Source of the DNA: the human T2T-CHM13v2.0 reference genome, Homo sapiens
Assembly: GCF_009914755.1 (NCBI RefSeq)
Contig: NC_060947.1
DNA length: 64,000 bases
Strand: one strand, 5' to 3'
This document shows positions 53,595-64,000 of the stretch, piece after piece. The first letter of the stretch is position 1. Each line of letters starts with the position of its first letter. The position numbers and the translations under genes were made by a program. A model generated the notes under the pieces. The model did not search any database. It was not told the origin of the DNA and worked only from the letters and a program-made list of their open reading frames with translations.

Positions 53595-54875
53595 TACATT
53601 ATGTGGAGTCGATTTTTACATCAAGGAAGGAATCCAATTTTATTTTCTTCTGTATGGATAACCAGTTGTTTCAGCATATTTGCTGAAAGCCTCCAACCTT
53701 TCTCCTAATTTTTAGTGACCCTTTGGTCATGTTCCAAGTTTCCAGTTAGTTGTGAGTCTGTTTTTAGGCTCTCTGTTCTGTTACTAGGGTCAATTGGGCT
53801 ATCCCTATGCCAAAACTATAATATTTTCATTGCTAAAATTTGTAAAGAGTTTTGATAACTCATATGAGTTCCTGTATCTTGTTTTTCTTCAGAAGTGTCT
53901 TGACTATTCTTGGTCTGTTATTCTTTGATATAAACGTTAGAATCAGCTTGTTAAACATCTTAAAAATTTGTTAGATTTTTTTACTAAAATTGCATTGAAT
54001 CTACAGATGAATTTGGTGAGGAAAGACAGCCTCATGAAGTCATATTCTTCTTATCCATCAATATACTTCTCCATTTATTTAGCTCTTTGTTAATGTCTTC
54101 AGATAGTTTTATTTTATAATTTTCTCTATTAGGATCTAATGCAACTTGATATGTTTGGGCTGTGTCCCCATCCAAATCTCATCTTGAATTGTAACTCCCA
54201 CAATTACCATGTGTTGTGGGAGGAACCTGGTGGGAGGAAATTGAATTATGGGGGTGGGCCTTTCCCGTGCTATCATTCTCGTGATAGTGAATGAGTCTCA
54301 TGAGACCTGATCTCATGGTTTTAAAAACGGGAGTTTCCCTGCACAAGCTCTCTTGTCTGCTGCCATGTGAGACATGCCTTTCACCTTCTGCCATCATCAT
54401 GAGGCCTCCCCAGCCATGTGGAACTGTAAGTCCATTAAACCTCTTTCTTTAGTAAGTTGCACAGTCTCGGGTATGTCTTTATCAGCAGCGTGAAAACAGA
54501 CTAATACATAACTTCTGTTTGATTTATTCCTATGTTCCTCATATTCTTTTGTTGCTATTTTAAATGGTGTCTTGAAAATCTACATGTGTTGTTCATTACT
54601 AGTATATTGTAGTGTGGCTATAATCTTGCCAAAATCTCTTATTAAGGCAAATTATTTGCTTGTAGATGATTTTAGTTTTTCTATACAGACAATCAAAGTA
54701 TCTATCAGGTTTATTTCTTCCTTTTGAGTTATGATATCTTTTATTTTTCTTGTCTAATTGTCTGACTAGGACATCCAGGACAATATTAAATTGAAATGGT
54801 GACAGTGAGCATTCTTGTTCCCACTCTCAAAGGGTATTCTTTTAACTTTCACAGTGTGGTGTTTGCTGTCAGGTT
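53595..54875 (-). mobile_element. Old L1 ORF2 remnant (L1M) interrupted by THE1B
   Basis: TATGGATAACCAGTTGTTTCAGCA, TTAGAATCAGCTTG, ATTGCATTGAATCTACAGAT, GTGACAGTGAGCATTCTTG. Confidence 0.75.
54147..54508 (+). mobile_element. THE1B-like MaLR solo LTR
   Basis: TGATATGTTTGGGCTGTGTCCCC...GAGGCCTCCCCAGCCATGTGGAACTG...GACTAATACA; 5-bp TSD CAACT/TAACT. Confidence 0.95.
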
Positions 54876-55402
54876 TCTTTGTCTTTCGTGCCACTTAGGA
54901 GCCCAGCACTTTCTGCCAGCTTCTTGTAGCTGGAATCTCTAGGTGGCCATTTCCATGACAGGTTGCTTTAACTTTTTCAGGCATGAGAAACTCACAAATC
55001 TTCTGTGTCTTCCAGTTACAGAAAGTCTATTTAAGCGCTTTGGGTGAAACCATGGAAGTTCCTCTGATTACACTTAAAGTAGGAAGGTAGCACCACCTCA
55101 TCATCCAACAGCTTTTTCATATGAAATATCTTCACTGAATCTGGTCGCATTTCTCCATTTTGACTTCTCTTTATATCCTTGATCTGGCTGGGGCTAGATG
55201 AGTCATGAGAATGGTTCTTAAACATTCAGCCAGAGACTCAATCTTGTACTCACTTTGTTATCTGATATCCCTTTATTTGTATCTCAATTAAAAACAAGAT
55301 GGGAAGAGACCAACTGTACACTGGTTACAGGTCTGTATTCAGCTTTATGAAGCCTAAAGTTCAGCAACAGTCATCTTGTTCCTGAAGAATATGAGTACTT
55401 TA

Positions 55403-55708
<306 letters not shown>

Positions 55709-55709
55709 T

Positions 55710-55985
55710 GAGTACTTTAGAAAGCTTTAACTTTCCTTACCCAATCCTGACTATCCTATTGTTACCCACTATTTTAATGACATCCTCTTTTCTAATGTCA
55801 CAAATTAGAAACCAGTTTGGGTTTATATAGTGTTTGTCTACATTTACCCATAGTTTACCTAGTCTTGACTCGCCATTCTTTCTTGCATCTCAGACATGCC
55901 TTCTGTAATCATCTTCCTTCTTCATGAAGTGTGTCCTTTAGAATTTCTTTACTGAAGGTCCATTGCTTGCATACTCTCAGTGTGT
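55710..55985 (-). mobile_element. HAL1/old L1 remnant
   Basis: TTCTTGCATCTCAGAC..TTCCTTCTTCATGAAG..CCTTTAGAATTTCTTT. Confidence 0.45.
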
Positions 55986-56766
55986 TTGTCCTGAGGGACT
56001 GTTTCCCATGAACCAAATTAACTGCCTCTCAAGAATGCCATTGGTGGGAATAAAGGAGACCGATTTATCACCTGGTTTCCGCTTCCCATTGGTCTCAGTT
56101 TAACCCGCAAGGTGTTCTCTCTCTCACACGACTAGGTTGTGTCCAATGGGGTCACTGAGTGATGTTACCAGGGAAGCTCAGGAGGGAGACAAGAGGTGTA
56201 GTGCTCGGGTATGAAGTAAGGTGCTATCAAGTTGCTCCTACTATCAGGAGCACAGACTTCAAATTTCTTGAAATCTATGTAGAGCTGGTCACCATACTAG
56301 TAGCTTGTACAAGAATCGGGTACAGCTGAGAAGATATGAAGTGGTGCAAATTAAGTGGCCTATTCATTGTGTGTTTTGTGATTTTCTCCCTTCTCTTTCT
56401 CTTTTGGTGAGTAGTATTTGCAGAAAATGTGTCTGTGAGAATCCTTTGAAACCTGGATTTAATGTGCTTTCCTCCAGAAAGCAATTGTGTTTACTTCTGT
56501 GAGATTTCTAGACCTCTTAAAGTTAATCTCTATGATTTTTTTTTCAATTCTCAGAAGTTTTGTGATTTCTAGATCTAATTTTGCATGACTACAAGCTTGC
56601 AGCTAGACATTTTCAGGAGAGACCCTGCCACTTCTACGAACCAAGACGAAAGGCTGAGAAAGCCAAATGTCCTTATCATAACTCTCTGTGAATTGAGGTT
56701 TTCCCCCCTTTTCACAGTGAGTGAGTACAGCTTCTAAAAGACTAGGCACTATAAAGAAATCTCCTC

Positions 56767-56897
56767 GATACACCTAATGTAAATGACGAGTTAATGGGTG
56801 CAGCACACCAACACGGCGCATGTATACATATGTAAAACCTGCACGTTGTACACATGTATCCTAGAACTTAAAATAAAAAAAAAAAAAGAAAGAAAGA
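56767..56897 (+). mobile_element. 5'-truncated L1PA (L1PA3-6-like) 3' end with TSD
   Basis: CCTAATGTAAATGACGAGTTAATGGGTGCAGCACACCAAC...AGAACTTAAAATAAAA; TSD AAAGAAATCTC at 56753 and 56898. Confidence 0.95.
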
Positions 56898-57484
56898 AAA
56901 GAAATCTCTCCACCTTTTCTCTTTGCTTAGGCCCAATCATTGTCCCTTTAAAACCCAAAACAAAACTCTAGGGCAGCCAAGGATCTGCAGATAACCTCAG
57001 CTGCAGCTGAGCAGTAGCATTTTGTTATCTCCCTGGACTTACGCTTTTGTTTCCTTTTGGCCACTGAGGACTTCTTCCATTTTCTTGCTAACTCATCTAT
57101 CTGTCCGTCTTTCTATCTGTTGCATTTTTATGTACATTCCAACCTTTTTAGGTATTCTGTACTGGGAGTATTTTTCCACAATATTATCTGTTCTGTTAAA
57201 CCAATATCATAGTGCTACTGAATTCTAAGCTAACCATTAAGGAGTTAGTTATTTCTAGTTTATGTTGTCTGAAAATTGCTAAGGATGTTATTTATATCTA
57301 TCGCTAGGGTCTTAGCATTTCTAGTGTTAAGCTTTCTTGGAAGCCTCCACCGCAATTCTATTTCTTAGAGTTCTTTTTTCCTTAAGGGTGAGGTTGGTAC
57401 TGCCTCATTCCCTACATTCTGTCCTGTTTCTAAAAACAAGTAGATAGGCCCTCGTTATTTTAAAAGGAAACAGATAGGGGATAT

Positions 57485-58017
57485 ATCCTGGTTATCTTTG
57501 CCATATAAAAAATCAATCCAAAACTTTATGGCTTCAAAAAACAATCACTTTATGATTACATTTTATTTTATATTATTTATTGTTATCTTTTGCGGTTCTA
57601 AGGGGTTGGCTGAGTTGAGCTGGGCAGTTTTTCACACAGTTGTAGTGACTGGGGTTGGAGTCATCTCAAAGGTTTCTTCACTCACATGCTTCAGGTTGAC
57701 GCTGGATGTCTGTTGAAACCTCAGCTGGGCTATGGTTAGAACACATGCCTGGAACAAGTGGTCTCTCTATTTAGCCTGGGCTTCCTCTCAGCCTTGTGGC
57801 TGGGTTCCAAGAGAGCGCATCCCAAGAAAGAGAGTGAGTTAGAAGCTGCATTGCCTTTTATGTTCTAGCCTTGGAAATTGTCACTTCTGCTGCATTTTAT
57901 TTGTTAGAAGAGAATTACCAAGACTGGTAAAATTTGTCGGGAGGGGAATTAGGCTCCGTCTTTTTAAAGGAGGATCAAAGAACTCAGGGACAACCACCAC
58001 AGATTTAAATGGCCAAA
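57485..58017 (-). mobile_element. MaLR LTR (MLT1F/G/H-like)
   Basis: CCAAAACTTTATGGCTTCAAAAAAC, GCCTGGGCTTCCTCTCAGC..GGCTGGGTTCCAAGAG, TGTCACTTCTGCTGCATT. Confidence 0.75.
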
Positions 58018-58254
58018 CATAGGAAAGTATCACATGTTTACAAATTCTAACAAACATTTTTATTTCCATGGTCATTGCTCTTCAATTCCTGATCCTTGTT
58101 GGTGGAAATATAAATACGTATTTGCCTTTGCTTTTATTACTCACAAGGCTTTGCTCCCTAAATAATTTTTTTCAGAATCTTTATGTACATTCAGAATGTG
58201 AAGATATATTCAACCTACAATAATCTTTAACATTTCTTTAAAGGACTATTTGAA

Positions 58255-58560
58255 TAATCTTTACCTGGTCTCTTGGCCTCTGGTTTTATCCCCCTCCTCT
58301 ACACCGACATACTTCCAAGCAGTACATCTGATCATGTCGCTCCCATGACTAAAAATCGTGGGTGGCACTTCACTTCCAGCTCCTCAACATGGCACAAAAG
58401 GTCTTCCATGATTGGCTCCTTCTCCTCTTTTATGCCTCATCTCTCGTGTTTCATTTGCCCTTTACACTCTAGCAGGGCTAAATACCATGCGTTTTCACAT
58501 CTCTGTGCCTTTAAATATGTTGATCCCCTCCCTAGAATACCTGTCCCTAACTTATCTTGC
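58255..58560 (+). mobile_element. L2 remnant
   Basis: CTGGTCTCTTGGCCTC, ATCTGATCATGTCGCTCCC, CCTCTGTGCCTTT...CCTAGAATACC. Confidence 0.6.
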
Positions 58561-59849
58561 CTGGAAATCGCATGCATTCTTAAGGTGCATCCATAGCGAT
58601 ACAGCTGTTCGTGTATCGGTAGCAACTCATTTTTCGATGCACCTGCTAGACCTAAAAATCTTTTTTTTGGAAACCTCTGAGTTGAAATCTGCTCATATTC
58701 TCTACTTCTTCTTCTTCTTGGCAGGATGCAACAAATATTTAAACCTTTTCCTTCTGACATTAGAAGCAGCACTTATCAAAGTCCTGGGTAAGAGCTCAGC
58801 AATTTTTGAGATCCACCAAATCTTCAAAGGATACTGGTCAATTTCCTTCAAGAATGGTCTCACATCATTTTGACTTGGTGACAGTACCCACAGTCATAAT
58901 CCATGTGGTCTCCAATTGTGAGAATATAGCTTTAAAGATCTATCTAAAATATCAACCAGAACCAAAACTTCCCTATAAAGACACGACTTAAAGAAACAAG
59001 TAACTCAGCAATATAAAAGAAATGCAGCATTGTAAAAAAGTAAATAGCATTATAGAAGTAATATAGCATATAAAATTTTTAAAGCATGAAAACTGGAGAG
59101 AAGAAAATTATTAAAATGGCAATTGTTGATATACCATAATTTCAATTTTCCTATTGTTGGACATATAAATATTTCCTATTTTTCTTTATAAACAATATAG
59201 AAAAAAACCTTCATGGCTTTTAATTGTTTTCACTGAACTAGCTCTGTATCTATTTATGGGGAAGATACCACACAGGGTGTGTTAATAAAATAAATATTTG
59301 GCTTTCTTTGTTACTACTTCTTTTGAGACTTTTGGGAAATACTCAGACTCTGGTCCCAGAAATTAAGTGAACATGCTCACTGAGGCACTTTTCATATTAT
59401 CCCCTATCCCCAGACTTGCAAACGTTAATTTTTTAGGTCTCTTGGGAAGTGGTTCATTTAGAAGAAATCTTAGCCACCAATCTCAGCTAGCTGTTTCTTT
59501 TCCTAACGTGTTTTCCTTTCTTAATTCAGTATAATAGCTTGATATGAATTAGACAAATTCCTTGGTTTGAGGTATTCATGTCAGGTCATCTGCTTTACTG
59601 TCTCCTACAGAGATGGCAGTTTTGTTCCTTCTATTGGTCATTAAACCACTTTACTAAAGAAGATGCTATGACATTAGAAGGATCAGGATTTATAGACCAG
59701 GGGAATGATTTTATAAATGGTATCTGTCCATCTGCTATACAGAATGTTCATATCCTTACAAAACATGTTTTCCTGTACTCAGGTCTTCATTTACTGTTAT
59801 TTTCTGCCCGCCTACTAATGTACGCATTTTGGATTTCTATCGTAGCTAA

Positions 59850-60254
<405 letters not shown>

Positions 60255-60559
60255 TATAAGCTATTTATTGTGCTATGGCAAACTAGTTTAACAATTCTGG
60301 GTCTCAATGTTCTCATCACTAAGACAGAAGTTTGGAATAGATAATCTTAATGTTCAGTCCTGGTAGGGCATGCAGTTCACCCTTATCAAAGAGACAACTG
60401 ATGACCAACCTCCCACAGACCTAGGACATGAACCTAAGGTGCTTGACTTCAGGTCCAGGGTTTCAAGTCTCATTTCTAATACTTCATTCTCACAAAAATG
60501 AGTGACTTTAAGTCGTGTTATTTAAAGGGGGTAGTAGAGGAGAGATGAGGATGATGAGG

Positions 60560-61620
60560 TGAGTGGTGGAGAAGAACTTTCTGGGTAGAGAGATTATCAT
60601 GAAGAAATACCTAAATGCAGGACAGATGTTGGCTTATTTGATGAACTAACAGAGAGTCAGCATGACTGGAGTGTAGAGACTGAGAAGGATAGAGTAAGAG
60701 ACGAGGGTGGAGAGGTGGCCAGGGGCCATGTCATATATGACCTTTTGGTAATGTTAATGAGTTTGGATTCTTTTCAAAGTGGAATGAGAAGCCACTAAAA
60801 GGTTCCAAGAAGAAAAGTGTCATGATCTGGTATTTGCTTCACCTAAGCTTCATCAGGGCTTTATGTCCAATATTTAATCTCCAATAGATGCCACACTGTC
60901 TGGTACATAGTAGGCCCTCAACACATTTGAGGACTAAATAAGTAAATAGAAGAATAAAACAATCAATGTAGCTGTAATGTGAAGAATAAGTCAGAAGCAT
61001 GGGAGGGGTGCTATTAGGGAGATATTACAGTATTCCAGCCAGATGGGTCTTAGTCTGTGGTGGAAACATTAACAAAGGAAGGAAGTAGATATATTTCAGA
61101 AGTATCCTGTACAGAGAACCATCAGAACTTGGTCAGAGGATGGAAGGTATTGAGGATGACTTCTAGTTTTCTAGCTTGAAAAATTTGGTAGCTAGAAGTA
61201 GCATTTCTTGAAATGAGGACGGAAGGGGGAGCAGATTTGAGAAAAGACCAGGGCTTGAGTTTGAGCATGATGCAGTTGGGATACCTAGGAGAAGATAGCC
61301 AAGTGGAAATATCAAGTTATCAATTAGATGCATCAGGTTGGAGGTTAGAAAGGAGATTCCGGTTAGAGATGTAAATTTGGGCACTGTCCGCAAATAAACA
61401 TTTTTAAAATAGCTATAGGCAAGTGCTTGGAAAAGAGAAGCAGAACACAGGCCTCAAGAATTCAACATTTAGAGTTTTGGTAGAGAAGAAAGGCCCAGCA
61501 AAGGAGGTAGAAGAACTATGTCCAATAAATGAGGGGGCAAAGTCAGAAAAGCAAGGCATCCTGGAAGCAATCAAGACCATTTCAGGAAGGAGGAGAAGCG
61601 GTTAACAGTGTAGAATTCTC
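60560..61620 (-). mobile_element. L2 remnants
   Basis: CAGCATGACTGGAG, GAGAAGCCACTAAAAGG, TTTTCTAGCTTGA, GAGATGTAAATTTGGG, CAACATTTAGAG. Confidence 0.65.
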
Positions 61621-61663
61621 CAGAGGGGAATACATGACAATAATCTGCATTAAGATTATATGT

Positions 61664-61745
61664 ATTAGATTGAATCCTGTTAAACTGCTGTTTTTGTATT
61701 AAAAAGTGGTCAAATATTGGCAACTTTGTATGGGTCAACATAATA
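61664..61745. mobile_element. MADE2-like mariner MITE
   Basis: TATTAGATTGAA...GGCAACTTTGTATGGGTCAACATAATA, ~80 bp decayed palindrome. Confidence 0.6.
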
Positions 61746-63247
61746 CACAGTTTGCTTGAAAAGTATATATTTCAGGGGGCCATCTCTTCCATTAAGTGAG
61801 GAACACCTGTAATCACAATTGTAATGTCTTCTCTCCAACATCTCTCTGTCTATTTTGTTTTTGCCTACCTTCTTTTGGTAAATGTTTATTTACTTGGCTT
61901 TTGTTCTAAAGACTGGGGAAGCCATCGAAACATTTTAAGCAGAGAGTGACAAGATCTGAATAGGTTTTGTTTCATTTGACTGTAAACTAGTGAACCCATT
62001 TCTGTTTTCACCCACAGCCCTTTGCCTAGTGTGTAGTTCATAGCAGGAATTTGATATTTTTTATAGGCCAAAGAGGTTCTTTCCTCAATGTGCAGCACAA
62101 GCCCAGTCTGAAAGTATTTTCTCTAATATTTTAAAATATTATCGACATTTAACCTTCACCATATAAATTATATGACATCTTCAGCTTACCTATCATTGTT
62201 CTTATTATCTAAACCATGACTTTTGCCATTTGAGTATAGAAGTGTCCTGAGTTACAGAGTCAAGGCTGGTTTCACTATGATGTCAACACAGACATTGGAC
62301 GAGGAGTTCAGAATCCTGGCATCTGTTCGCTGCATCATGAGCAAGTTCACATTACCTCTGGAAGCTTCAATTTCTTTACTTTTTTGGTTTTCATTCTTTT
62401 AAAAATAACTAGATTGAACTGAACGATTTCTTTTGGTTTTCTTTTAGCTCTAACATTTTATGCTTCTATTAATGATTTAACATTCAGATAGAATATTAGT
62501 TTCTTTGTTTTGGAGTTTTTTGCTCAGCCTAAAGAAAGCCCAGTGGCTAGTCAGTGTTCCTGGGCTGGCTTCATTCTCCCTAGACCCCCTCCTAGTGGCT
62601 TGGTTCCCCTGAAAGACTCCTTTGTTGCCTTCTCAGAGTGTCCAGCCAAGATAGATCATGATGCATCCCATTGATGTTTTGTCTTATAGAAGTTCTAAAC
62701 TAGCTACCTTCTGACCAGGACCTGAGGCCAATGTCAACATGCTTTGTTTATCCCATCAAGTACTTTTTAATGTGAACCAATGCTATAAAATTGGGAGATT
62801 TCACACAAAAATTTAGATTTTTAGTTTCTTTAAAAACTCAAGATCTTTGGCCACATGGGGTTGGCATTCTTTTAGGGCAAAAACTGGCTGGGTCTGAGTA
62901 GCAGTGGCCCCCCTTTTGGACTGGAAGTTCACTCTCTGGTTCATGACTCACCATTCTGTGCTGCTTTTTGTGCCCTGCACTTCTCCCACATTGACTCACT
63001 TTCCCAGTCATTGTAGATATTTGGATTTGATCCACACAGGATGACCCAAGTTGGAAAGGCACCTCAATGACGAAACATCAGTGCAATATGAACCCTGTCC
63101 AGGTATGCAGCTCAGTTTCTCATCTCTTTTTGCTGAGACCTCCAAGAGTCACGTACCATTGGTCAAAGTATTATCTAAAAATAGTAAGCAAATTAAGGGA
63201 ACAGGACTTCGCTGTGTTTAGTCATGGTTTTCACAAATGCCTCAGAT

Positions 63248-63743
<496 letters not shown>

Positions 63744-64000
63744 TATAGAAGCTCCAAATCCACAAGTACTGACATCATCAGCCTAGAGAAATCCTCAAAA
63801 AGTCTGGGGAGTTATTTGTGGCTGGTTTTGCAGCCTTTATGGTGTCAGTAGAAACTGTACCTAAGAATAGCCTCCTCCTCACAAACTGGAATGCCCATCT
63901 GGCTGGGGTTTCCATCACACCTGGCAGTGCTGGAGAGATGCACTTCCAGCATGGGCCATTTAACCAGCACTACCTCCTTTCATTTATGTGAAAAATGTAG

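Noticed and set aside
62940-63185. Two AP-1 sites and a perfect MEF2 site (CTAAAAATAG, 63175)
   Set aside because: Short motifs like these are expected by chance in 64 kb of AT-rich DNA, with no independent support.

Overview
This window is AT-rich, non-coding primate genomic DNA. AluY/S/J, L1PA and THE1B elements point to a simian, human-like genome. I recognise no protein-coding gene, RNA gene or CpG island. The supplied ORFs come from Alu, L1, LTR or microsatellite sequence, or are chance frames. Much of the window is a layered record of transposons: 12 Alus, L1MA/MB/MC/ME/PA fragments, L2, L3, MIR, MaLR/ERVL LTRs and many DNA-transposon MITEs (five MER20, about eight MER5, Tigger3a, MER46C, MER96, MADE2). 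The long L1 pieces are almost all on the minus strand, which suggests an intron of a + strand transcript. The clearest unexplained structure is a set of locally templated rearrangements: two same-orientation duplications copied 1.6 and 2.1 kb downstream into older retroelements, a fold-back insertion inside an AluJ, a perfect 15-bp hairpin and several tandem duplications. There are also candidate regulatory islands and candidate small exons. I found no demonstrable new biological system. Repeat subfamily names come from recalled consensus motifs and need RepeatMasker/Dfam confirmation, and boundaries of old repeats are approximate.
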